This document shows, piece by piece, positions 42,323 through 51,167 of a DNA stretch of 64,000 nt (positions are counted from its first letter, which is position 1; each line of letters starts with the position of its first letter). The stretch comes from Myxococcales bacterium (GTDB lineage Bacteria; Desulfobacterota; Binatia; HRBIN30). Under the pieces are notes generated by a model, which was not told the origin of the DNA, ran no database searches, and worked only from the letters and a program-made list of their open reading frames with translations. The position numbers and the translations under genes are program-made. The stretch covers positions 64,001 through 128,000 of the forward strand of contig JBBILD010000008.1 in the NCBI GenBank assembly GCA_037445065.1. The letters are read 5' to 3'.

Positions 42323-42778
42323 ATGGCCCGATGGGATCCGTGGCAGGAGATGGAAGCGCTGCGGCGCGAAATCGATCGTGCCTTCGAAAGCGCGGGGTTT
42401 CGTTTCCCGTCTTTATTGCGCACGAGCCTATGGCCGGCACGGGGCGAGCGAGGATTTCCCCCGGTCAACGTTTATGAAGACAAGGACAATTTCTATGTAA
42501 GCTTGCTCGCGCCTGGCTTGGAACCGCATTCCATCAATTTAAGCGTACTACGCAATAGTCTCACTGTTTCGGGCGAGCGGGCGCCTCAGGGGACGGGGAA
42601 GTTCGAGGCAGTCCACCGTCAGGAGCGCCCGGCGGGCAAGTTTTCTCGCCGCATCGAGCTTCCGGCTGAAGTGGACGAGAGCAAAGCCAGGGCTGAGTAT
42701 CGAAACGGAATTTTGACCGTCACCTTGCCCAAGGCTGCTCAGGCCAAGCCCAAGGAAATCACCGTTCAGGTAGGCTGA
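42323..42778 (+). CDS. Small heat shock protein (Hsp20) 1
   Basis: AAGGAGG SD; WDPW, FPPVNVYE, FSRRIELP, AEYRNGILTVTLPK, C-terminal ITV motif. Confidence 0.95.
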   Translation: MARWDPWQEMEALRREIDRAFESAGFRFPSLLRTSLWPARGERGFPPVNVYEDKDNFYVSLLAPGLEPHSINLSVLRNSLTVSGERAPQGTGKFEAVHRQERPAGKFSRRIELPAEVDESKARAEYRNGILTVTLPKAAQAKPKEITVQVG

Positions 42779-42813
42779 GGAAGCAACCGACCCATCGAGA
42801 GGAGGAAATCACC

Positions 42814-43212
42814 ATGGCAGAGAAAGCGGTATCTGCAACTGCAGCACAAGCACCGGGAAGGACGCGAGAGGCTACGCGTGCGGAGGATCGTTATGTGGCT
42901 CCCGCAGTGGACATTTACGAGACGCCAGAGGAGTTGGTGCTCCTCGCGGACTTACCTGGCGTAGGCAAAGATGAACTCGATGTCCGAGTGGAGGAAGATG
43001 TGCTCACCATCCGGGCGCTGAGCAAATATCCGGCCCCCGGCGAAGTGTTGTGGGAAGAGTTTGAGCTCCCCAATTACTTCCGCCAGTTCGAGTTGAGCGA
43101 GGCGATCGATCAGGAAAAGATCAGCGCGGATTTTAAAAACGGCGTGCTGACCTTGCACTTGCCGAAATCCCAGAAAGCTCGGCCGCGACAGATCGAGGTT
43201 AAAGTTTCGTAA
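42814..43212 (+). CDS. Small heat shock protein (Hsp20) 2
   Basis: PAVDIYET, ADLPGV, YFRQFEL, NGVLTLHLPK, IEV. Confidence 0.95.
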   Translation: MAEKAVSATAAQAPGRTREATRAEDRYVAPAVDIYETPEELVLLADLPGVGKDELDVRVEEDVLTIRALSKYPAPGEVLWEEFELPNYFRQFELSEAIDQEKISADFKNGVLTLHLPKSQKARPRQIEVKVS

Positions 43213-43214
43213 GA

Positions 43215-43255
43215 TTCAGCATGCAGGGGGGCTCTCTGCCTTCCTGCATGCTGGA
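43215..43255 (+). other. Strong intergenic stem-loop (mRNA stability or partial terminator)
   Basis: TTCAGCATGCAGGGGGGC-TCTCT-GCCTTCCTGCATGCTGGA, 18-bp stem with G-U pairs, no U tract. Confidence 0.65.
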
Positions 43256-43270
43256 AACAGGGGGTACGCG

Positions 43271-43738
43271 GTGAACGGATGGTTGCCCGCACAGTGGGTG
43301 CAAAAGCTCAAAGATCTGCGCACTGGAGTGGAGGGAGCGTTACGGCGGTGGTTTCAGCGCTACGTGGAACACTCTACCTCGCCCGGGCCAGTGCAGATCA
43401 CTAGGAAGGATGTCTGGGGCTGGCCTACGATTGACCTAGAGGACTACCCGGATCGCTTGGTGGTGAGAGCGGATATTCCAGGTCTCGAACCGGAGGACAT
43501 TCGGATCGAATTACTCGGCGATACGCTGGTCCTTCGGGGGGAGAAAAGGAGAGAACAGGAAAGCCGGGCCGATGGATACTTCTACTCTGAGCGCTGGTAC
43601 GGTGCTTTCGTGCGCCACCTCGCGTTGCCGGTGCCTGTGCGAGCGGATGAGGCGTCTGCGCGCTATCGAAGCGGACAACTGGTGATCGAGCTGCCCAAGC
43701 AGACCCCTGCTACGCGCGTCCCCATCCGCGCTGTCTGA
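43271..43738 (+). CDS. Small heat shock protein (Hsp20) 3
   Basis: WPTIDL, ADIPGL, SERWYGAFVRHLALP, ARYRSGQLVIELPK, VPI. Confidence 0.9.
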   Translation: MNGWLPAQWVQKLKDLRTGVEGALRRWFQRYVEHSTSPGPVQITRKDVWGWPTIDLEDYPDRLVVRADIPGLEPEDIRIELLGDTLVLRGEKRREQESRADGYFYSERWYGAFVRHLALPVPVRADEASARYRSGQLVIELPKQTPATRVPIRAV

Positions 43739-43853
43739 AGTCGGAGCGCCTCCCTGCAGGTCGGGCGAGTTTACAGTTCGAGCTGCACGGAGAGAGACTT
43801 CCGCGCAGGCTTGCAGGGTGTCGACCCGTGCTGCAGGGGAGGATTGCGTCACC

Positions 43854-44699
43854 ATGAGCTTTAGCGATGTTTTTTGGGTCTTCTTTATCGTTTCTGCGCT
43901 CCAGCCTGTGTTGCGCCAGCGGCTGCTGGAAGCATCCCGCCAGCGCTTGCTGGCACGCATCGAGCGAGAACGCGGGTCCCGAGTCATCTTGCTGGTCCAT
44001 CGCCAGGAAACCATGAGCCTGCTCGGCTTTCCGGTGATGAGGTACATCGACATCGAAGACGCCGAGGCGGTTATGCGAGCTTGCGAACTGACCGACCCGG
44101 AAGTTCCCCTGGACATTGTGCTGCACACTCCCGGAGGGTTGGTGCTTGCGTCCTTGCAGATTGCCCGCGCGCTCCGGCACCACAAGGGCAAGGTCACCGT
44201 GTTTGTTCCCCATTACGCGATGTCGGGAGGTACACTCATCGCCTTGGGCGCGGATGAAATCGTGATGTCGCCACACGCGGTTCTGGGCCCTGTGGACCCG
44301 CAACTGGGGCAATACCCGGCTGCCTCGCTCCTCAAGGTGGTTCGAGAGAAGCCGGTTGCTGAGGTTGACGATCAGACGCTGATCCTCGCGGATGTGGCGG
44401 AGAAGGCGATTCGGCAGGTGCGCGACAGCGTCACGGAGTTGCTTACGCGTACTCAGACTGCTGAGCGCGCTTCGGAGCTGGGCGAGATCCTTTCGACCGG
44501 AACCTGGACCCATGACTTCCCGATTACCCTCGAAAAAGCTCGAGAACTCGGCCTGCCGGTGCGGCAGGATATGCCCGCTGTGATCCTGGAGCTGATGGAA
44601 TTGTATCCGCAGCCGGTGCGTAGAGCCCCCGCCGTGGAGTTTTCTCCCGAGCCGCGCCGCGCCGACCGCGCCGCGAGGTCGGATGTCTTACTTCGTTGA
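43854..44699 (+). CDS. SDH-family ClpP-fold serine protease
   Basis: LHTPGG, PHYAMSGGTLIAL, LGPVDPQ, WTHDFPI. Confidence 0.9.
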   Translation: MSFSDVFWVFFIVSALQPVLRQRLLEASRQRLLARIERERGSRVILLVHRQETMSLLGFPVMRYIDIEDAEAVMRACELTDPEVPLDIVLHTPGGLVLASLQIARALRHHKGKVTVFVPHYAMSGGTLIALGADEIVMSPHAVLGPVDPQLGQYPAASLLKVVREKPVAEVDDQTLILADVAEKAIRQVRDSVTELLTRTQTAERASELGEILSTGTWTHDFPITLEKARELGLPVRQDMPAVILELMELYPQPVRRAPAVEFSPEPRRADRAARSDVLLR

Positions 44700-44747
44700 G
44701 CCAAGCGCGCCAGCGCTCTCGGCGAGAAAACGAGGTCAAAAGCGAGA

Positions 44748-45401
44748 GTGGTGAACGGAGTCGTGGAATATGCGGTGCTCGCGCTGAGCACCTTGTTCGT
44801 GATTGTCGACCCCATCGCCGTGGTGCCGGCGTTTCTGGCAATGACGCCGGATGACCCGCCAGCGGTGCGCCGCCGCACCGCGCGGCTCGCCTGCACTGTA
44901 ACCGCAGGTGTCCTGCTGGCGTTTGCTCTCCTGGGAGACTGGATCCTCCGTTACTTGCGGATCACGCCCGCTGCGTTTCAGCTTGCTGGGAGCCTTCTGC
45001 TTTTGCGCATCGCGCTGGATATGCTGCACGGGCGCCGCTCCGAAGCACAGGAAACCAACGAAGAGGTCTTGGCTGGCGCAGCCAAGCAGGAGATTGCGAT
45101 TAGCCCGCTGGCGGTGCCGATGATGGCCGGGCCAGGCGCGATTTCCATGACTCTGATCCTGGCCAATCAAGCCAGTACGGTTTTCCACAAAGCCGTACTG
45201 CTGACTGCAATTGCTTCGGTGAGTGCTGCAAGTTACGCGATTTTCTTGCTCGCGATTCGGGGCACGCACCGTTTGAGTCCAGTGGCGTTAAAACTGACCA
45301 GCCGCTTGATGGGACTTTTGTTGGCGGCCGTAGCAGTCCAGTTTGCCCTGGATGGTTTCGCTCAGGCCGGTCTGTCCCTACAAGCGCAACAATCCGGCTG
45401 A
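44748..45401 (+). CDS. MarC-family membrane protein
   Basis: LFVIVDP, PLAVPMMAGPGAI, RLMGLLLAAVAVQF. Confidence 0.93.
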   Translation: MVNGVVEYAVLALSTLFVIVDPIAVVPAFLAMTPDDPPAVRRRTARLACTVTAGVLLAFALLGDWILRYLRITPAAFQLAGSLLLLRIALDMLHGRRSEAQETNEEVLAGAAKQEIAISPLAVPMMAGPGAISMTLILANQASTVFHKAVLLTAIASVSAASYAIFLLAIRGTHRLSPVALKLTSRLMGLLLAAVAVQFALDGFAQAGLSLQAQQSG

Positions 45402-45419
45402 GGCAAAGGAGAGAAACTC

Positions 45420-46493
45420 ATGGCAGAGGAAGCCAAGGAGCTGACTCAGTTTTCCTGGAACCTGGTGACCCGAAACCTGATCGGTCACCCACTGTTACGC
45501 AAGCAACTTTCCCGGCGGGTACAAGCGCTCGGCAAGCTACTGCGTCATTACCCACCCGACGGAGTCCACTTGCACGTGCTGTTGGAAAAGAATCCGCACC
45601 GCGATTTGTTCACTGCTACCCTCACCCTACGTCTACCACGCCACATTTTGCATACGGAAAAAACTGCGCACGAGCCGATTCTTGCGCTCGACAAAGCGTT
45701 TAAAGCCTTGGCCCGTGAGATCGACAAACTCAAGGCGCACCAGCGACGTGAGGAGGAGTGGAAGCGCAAGGAGCGACGCGAGCGCCTGCATGTGCTCAAA
45801 GCCACCGGGTTTGCCAGCGAGCCGCTTCCTGAAAGCGAAGGGCCGCAAGATCGCTTGGCTGTGGTGGTTGACTTCCTGAAACGACACTACAGGCGCATGC
45901 TCGAGCATGTGCAGCGGCACATTCGGCACGATGAATGGAGTGGCGAAATTCCCCCGCATGCTGTGGACGCGCGCGGGGTAGTCGACGAGGTGGTCCGGAA
46001 GGTTCTGCGGGACTGGCGGCGGAAGCCCGCTGACACCGGGTGGCTGGTGTGGTTTTTTCGCCTCATCCACGAAGAGTGGGAGCGCAGGCGCCGAGAATTT
46101 CGCCGCGCCGCCCAGGAGCGGGTATCGGTAGATACTGACGTGAAGCGGCCCGACGAGGAAGACCTGACGGCGGGATTCGATGCGGAGCAACCGCTGGACA
46201 TCATTGTCCGCGAATATGAGCCAGTTCTCACCGAGCTGCGGGAACTCGTCCCTGATCCCAGTGCTCCCTCGCCAGAGGAAGAGTTGCAACGTCGAGAACT
46301 GCTGCAAAGCCTGCAAAAGGCCATTCAGGAGTGGCCGCGGTTGGAGAAAGACGTCTTCGAACTGTACTTCGCTCAGGGATTCGATGAGAGCGAGGTTGCC
46401 CAGATATTGCGGCTGGACGTGGCGAGAGTGCGCGAGGCGGTCGCCAAAATCCAGCAGCGTATCCGTATCCTTTTGTTTACCGGACAGGCGTAA
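45420..46493 (+). CDS. HPF/RaiA-like domain fused to ECF-type sigma70 domains 2 and 4
   Basis: AAGGAG SD; N-terminal beta-alpha-beta3-alpha pattern ending ALDKAFKALAREIDKLK; DARGVVDEV..WFFRLI; AIQEWPRLEKDVFELYFAQGFDESEVAQIL. Confidence 0.72.
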   Translation: MAEEAKELTQFSWNLVTRNLIGHPLLRKQLSRRVQALGKLLRHYPPDGVHLHVLLEKNPHRDLFTATLTLRLPRHILHTEKTAHEPILALDKAFKALAREIDKLKAHQRREEEWKRKERRERLHVLKATGFASEPLPESEGPQDRLAVVVDFLKRHYRRMLEHVQRHIRHDEWSGEIPPHAVDARGVVDEVVRKVLRDWRRKPADTGWLVWFFRLIHEEWERRRREFRRAAQERVSVDTDVKRPDEEDLTAGFDAEQPLDIIVREYEPVLTELRELVPDPSAPSPEEELQRRELLQSLQKAIQEWPRLEKDVFELYFAQGFDESEVAQILRLDVARVREAVAKIQQRIRILLFTGQA

Positions 46494-46534
46494 ACTACCG
46501 GTCGCAGGAAGCATCAGGGCGCATACCAGAGAGT

Positions 46535-48235
46535 TTGGCTGCCGAAGCGTTTATCCTGGTGGCCTCGAGCGCCCTGGGAGTGCTGGTGTGTGCTCGCTTC
46601 CGCGTTCCCGTGATCCTCGGGTACTTGCTGGCTGGCGCTGTTGTCGGCCCGCACGGTGCCGGGCTTGTGGGGGATACGCCGGGGGTAGCATTTCTGGCTT
46701 GGCTCGGTGTCTTGTTCTTGCTCTTCACGATTGGGCTCGAGTTTTCCTTGGCCAGTCTACGGAGCGCTCGGCGCACCGTGCTCCTCGCGGGCGGGCTGCA
46801 GGTAACACTGACCACTGCAGTGGCTGCAGCCGGCGCGTTCCTTGCCGGACTCGAGTTAGAAGCAGCGCTGGTGATCGGTGGCGCCCCCAGCATGTCCTCC
46901 ACTGCACTGGTTGCAAAACAGTTGGCCGACCAAGGCGAGTTGTTTACCCACCACGGGCGAGCTGCGGTCGGGATTCTTCTGTTCCAAGAGTTGGCCACCC
47001 TACCGTTTTTGACCCTCGTTGGTGCACGGGCTGCGACGGGCAGTCCGGAGGGAAACTCGTTAGTTGCTGCGCTGGGATGGACGACGGTGAGTTTTCTGGT
47101 CATCGGCTTGTTCGGTCGCCCGGTTTTGCACCGCCTTCTGGGATTTGTCGCGCGAACTCGATCGAATGAGCTGCTGCTTCTCACCACGATTTTATTGGCG
47201 CTGGGCAGCGGCTTTGGACTGCATGCCGTAGGCGTACCCCCTTTGTTGGGCGCTTTCCTGGTCGGAATGATCCTCGGGGAGAGCGACTTTCGCTTTCAGA
47301 TCCAGGACGATTTGCGGCCGTTCCGCGAGACTCTGCTCGGCCTGTTTTTTGTGACCGTGGGGATGACCATTGACTCCGCAGTCATCCTCGCGCATTGGCC
47401 GGTTTTATTGGTTACGTGTTCGTTCTTAGTGCTGGGGAAAGTGGCGTTGCTGGTGTTGCTCGGCCTTCTGCTCGGTTGGACGAGGGCGATGGCACTCCGC
47501 ACCGCAGTGATCCTCGCACATAGCGGCGAGTTTGGCTTGCTTTTGTTGACGTAGGCTACCCATGCTCGCATGATCGAGCTGCAAACCGCGCAGCCTCTGT
47601 TGGGTGCCATGGTATTGAGCATGGCACTAGCGCCATTGCTGATCGCAAGGAATGAATCACTCGTGCACGGCCTGTTTTCTGCTCGCCGCACTGGCACAGA
47701 AGCGGAGCAGGAAGCTTGGCTTACGCGCGAAAGCGAAGCGCTGCAAGGGCACGTGCTGCTGCTCGGGTGCGGGCGGGTCGGTAGGCAAGTCGCTGCGGTG
47801 CTGGAAGCCGCAGGTGTGCCGTACATCGCGTTTGAGAATGACCCAGCAAGCTTCCAGGTTGCCAAGCACCAGGGGTACCGTGTGGTCTTGGCCGATGCGG
47901 GACGCTTGCGTTTGCTCGATGCGGCGGGCCTCAGCCGCGCCCGCCTCCTGGTGGCCACCTTTAGTTACGGAAGGCTGATTGAACGTATCCTACACCACGC
48001 GCGGCAGGTAAATCCCGCGATTCAAACGCTGGTGAGCGCCGCCGATGAAGCGGATTTGGCGCAGCTTGCGAGGGCCGGAGCAACTGCGGTTTTTCCCGAA
48101 AATTTGGCAGCCGGGCTTGCTTTGGGGAACCAAGCCTTGCTCCTGCTCGGCCGCTCGCACGAGGAGGCAGCCCGGGTTGTCACCGAATTGCGCGCTTTGC
48201 TCAATCCTGAGCTGGAGGGACACCTCGGGCTTTGA
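46535..48235 (+). pseudogene. Kef-type cation:proton antiporter (CPA2 plus TrkA-N) interrupted by in-frame TAG at 47552-47554
   Basis: ORFs 46535-47554 and 47570-48235 share a frame; GEFGLLLLT*ATHARMIELQTAQPLLGAMVLSM reads as one continuous Kef sequence; LLGCGRVG KTN motif. Confidence 0.82.
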
Positions 48236-48376
48236 TCTGCCCTGCGCCCCGCACGTTGACTTATCGCCGGGAAAAAACGAAACGATGCTTCTTGTGGGTG
48301 ACAGGACCGGCTTTCGCGCGGAGGCCGAATGCTCCCATGTTGCACGTTACAGAACATTGCTCGTGAGGGAGTCTAC

Positions 48377-49048
48377 ATGGAAACACGCGACCGCCGAATC
48401 GTGCTCATCGCTCCGCCCGGGGCAGGAAAGAGCACGCAAGCAACGCGCCTAGCGCAAGAGTTTGGGATCCCATGGATCTCTACCGGGGAATTGCTTCGCG
48501 CCGCTGTCCGGGAAAACAGCTCACTCGGGCAGCAGGCCCGGTCATACATGGAGAAGGGAGAGATGGTGCCGGATGACGTGGTCATCGCCCTCGTTCGGGA
48601 TCGCTTACAGCAGGCAGATTGCCAGCAGGGGTTTATTTTGGACGGCTTCCCGCGCACCGCTGTGCAGGCTCAAGCCTTGCGGGCCGCTGGTGTAGGGCTC
48701 GACTACGTCATCGAGCTAGAACTGGACGAACAAGAAGCAGTGCTTCGCTTGAGCGGCAGGCGCGTGCACCCAGCTTCGGGCCGCGTCTACCATGTGGTGT
48801 TTCAACCTCCGAAAGTTGCGGGCAAGGACGATGAGACCGGTGAGGATTTGGTCCAGCGCGAGGACGATCGAGAAGAGGCGGTACGAACCCGGCTGCGCGT
48901 CTATCGCCAACAAACAGAGCCGGTCGTCGCATTTTACCGGGAGTGGTCCGCGACAAACGGTCCCGGAGCGCCCCTGTTTTGCAAGGTGAGCGCCGCAGGC
49001 AAACCGGAAGAGGTGGGTGAGAGACTCCTGGCAATCCTGCGCGGCTGA
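48377..49048 (+). CDS. adk: Adenylate kinase (long, zinc-free LID)
   Basis: APPGAGKSTQA, ISTGELLR, GFILDGFPRT, GRRVHPASGRVYH, QREDD. Confidence 0.96.
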   Translation: METRDRRIVLIAPPGAGKSTQATRLAQEFGIPWISTGELLRAAVRENSSLGQQARSYMEKGEMVPDDVVIALVRDRLQQADCQQGFILDGFPRTAVQAQALRAAGVGLDYVIELELDEQEAVLRLSGRRVHPASGRVYHVVFQPPKVAGKDDETGEDLVQREDDREEAVRTRLRVYRQQTEPVVAFYREWSATNGPGAPLFCKVSAAGKPEEVGERLLAILRG

Positions 49049-49185
49049 GTGGGGCGCGCGCGGACCTGACTCTCCGCGAGCGCCGGCTGTACTTCTGCGG
49101 GCCAACCAGGGCGAGAGGTTTGCACGGTCTCTACGTGGGTGAACACCAGCAGACGCTACAAGCGGGCCGCCGAATCCCCGTTCCG

Positions 49186-50535
49186 ATGCTCGCTGCGGTG
49201 CTTCGGCTGGCTCAAGTCACCTGGGCTGGATTGTGCCTGGGCGCCTCCGTACCGCTGCAACTGTTGCGCGCACGCCGCGACCCGCCCCTCTTTTGGCGTG
49301 CTTTCGGGCGTGCAGTCGTCCGACATTGTACTCGCCTGGGCGCAACGTTCATTAAGATCGGCCAGATTGTCTCCGCGCGCCGCGACATCATCCCCGCAGA
49401 GTTTGCAGCCGAGTTGGCTGCACTGCAGGATCGCGTTCCTCCATTTCCCTTCCCCCAGGTGCGCCAGATCATTGAAGAAGACTTTGGGAAACCACTGCAC
49501 GAGCTTTTTAGCCAATTCCACGAAGAACCAGTGGCCGCAGCCTCGGTGGCTCAGGTGCATCGAGCGATCTGGCGGCAGACCGGCGCAGTCGTTGCTGTCA
49601 AAGTGCGCCGCCCGGATGTGCTGGAAAAGATCGAACTCGACCGCGCGGTTCTCTTGACTCTTGCGCGGGCGGCCGAACGCTTCGTTCCTTCGCTTCGCTT
49701 GGTCTCGTTGCACCGTGCCATGGAACGGTTCTGCGCGGCGGTCGAAGAGCAAGCCCACCTGCTGCGGGAAGCTGAAAACAACCGCAGGTTTCGGGAGAAT
49801 TTTGCCGGTGATCCTGACATCGTTTTCCCAGCCTTAATTCCGGAAGCTTGCTCGGACCGAGTACTAACGATGGAATTTGTCGAAGGTGCGCGGGAGGAGG
49901 CACTAGACGAAGTGCAGTTCGACCGGCGCCGCCTGGTTTCGGCTGGGGTCCGTTGCGTAGCCCGGATGGTTTTTGAACATGGGTTCATTCACGCCGACTT
50001 GCACCCTGGCAACCTCCGCTTCCTCCCTCCCCATCGCATTGCCCTTTTCGATCTGGGGTTGGTCGGCGAACTCAGTGACGCCGACCGCCTGATGACCGCG
50101 CGTACGCTTCTTGCCTTCGCCACTGGAGACGGAGCGACGGTTGCGAGGCTTTTTTACGAGAACGCACCGTATCAGGCAGTCCCCGACTATTCGGCATACG
50201 AGGCCGAGGTGATCGCCCTGGTGGAAGATTTGCGCCACAAGCAGTTAGGGGCCGCCGAGGTAAGCTTGGACATCGGCCGGATCTTCGACGTTCTCCGCCG
50301 CCACCGGATCCAAGCGCGCGCTCACATGACGATGGTCAATCTGGCGTTGGTAACTGCAGAAGGCTTGGGTAAGCGGCTCGATCCCGGGTTGAATCTCGCT
50401 CAGGCCGCTCTCCCGTACATTCGCGAGGCCCTCGACCGGGAGCGCGTCCAGCCTCTCGGCCCGCGGGGCCGGCTGTTCGAGGCTGAGAATCCGCAGAGGC
50501 CTTTGCCAAGGAACCTCGACAACAGTGAGCATTAG
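49186..50535 (+). CDS. ABC1/UbiB atypical kinase (second paralogue)
   Basis: GATFIKIGQ, LQDRVPP, AASVAQVH, VAVKVRRP, IHADLHPGN, FDLG. Confidence 0.93.
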   Translation: MLAAVLRLAQVTWAGLCLGASVPLQLLRARRDPPLFWRAFGRAVVRHCTRLGATFIKIGQIVSARRDIIPAEFAAELAALQDRVPPFPFPQVRQIIEEDFGKPLHELFSQFHEEPVAAASVAQVHRAIWRQTGAVVAVKVRRPDVLEKIELDRAVLLTLARAAERFVPSLRLVSLHRAMERFCAAVEEQAHLLREAENNRRFRENFAGDPDIVFPALIPEACSDRVLTMEFVEGAREEALDEVQFDRRRLVSAGVRCVARMVFEHGFIHADLHPGNLRFLPPHRIALFDLGLVGELSDADRLMTARTLLAFATGDGATVARLFYENAPYQAVPDYSAYEAEVIALVEDLRHKQLGAAEVSLDIGRIFDVLRRHRIQARAHMTMVNLALVTAEGLGKRLDPGLNLAQAALPYIREALDRERVQPLGPRGRLFEAENPQRPLPRNLDNSEH

Positions 50536-50954
50536 AAATCGCTGGGCGGCAAGCGGGCACGGAGCCTTGCCGCTAGGTCGGCGAGGTGCTCGGGCTTGCC
50601 CAGGATCCGTGAGTGCAGCCGAACGGGTTCGCCGGTGGCTCGTGGCATGAGATGCATGTGATAGTGGAAGACCGTTTGCCCGGCGGCTGCTCCGTTGAGC
50701 TGGAAGACCATCAAACCCTCGGGGCGCAATACCTCCCGTAGCGCGTGCGCGACACGTTTTGCCGCGCGAGCTACTGCCGCCAATTCTTCCTCCGAGGCTG
50801 AGAACAGGTTCTCATGATGATTGCGGGTCACCACTAAAGTGTGCCCTTCGCTGACCGGGTAAATGTCGAGAAAGGCAACGGTGTCGCGATCTTTATAGAC
50901 GAAGTGTGCTGGAGCCTCACCGCGGATGATTCGGCAAAAGATGCATTCGCTCAT
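50532..50954 (-). CDS. HIT-family hydrolase
   Basis: CIFCRI, AFLDIYP, GHTLVV, AGQTVFHYHMHLMPR. Confidence 0.95.
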   Translation of the reverse strand: MSECIFCRIIRGEAPAHFVYKDRDTVAFLDIYPVSEGHTLVVTRNHHENLFSASEEELAAVARAAKRVAHALREVLRPEGLMVFQLNGAAAGQTVFHYHMHLMPRATGEPVRLHSRILGKPEHLADLAARLRARLPPSDF

Positions 50955-51167
50955 AACCTCAGGCTGCCTACTCGGGAGCGGGATTCGTGTCCAGTCGCAG
51001 GCACTGCCCAGCGAGGTGGTGGCGAAATCCGACCGTTGACGCGTGGTTTGTTACCAGTCCGCGAAGTTTTTTCACTTCCGGGAAGGTTCTCGATTGCGGC
51101 AAAAATGGCACGCAGGTATGAGCGTATCTGGTCCGATAGATAAAACGGCTCTTAGAGGTGGACACGT

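Noticed and set aside
47552..47554. Genome-wide amber recoding or pyrrolysine use
   Set aside because: Many intact genes in the window end normally at TAG (for example ffh and rpsP) and no pyl genes are visible
51106..51123. TGGCACG upstream of the copper-monooxygenase-like gene as a sigma54 promoter
   Set aside because: No GC at the required GG-N10-GC position
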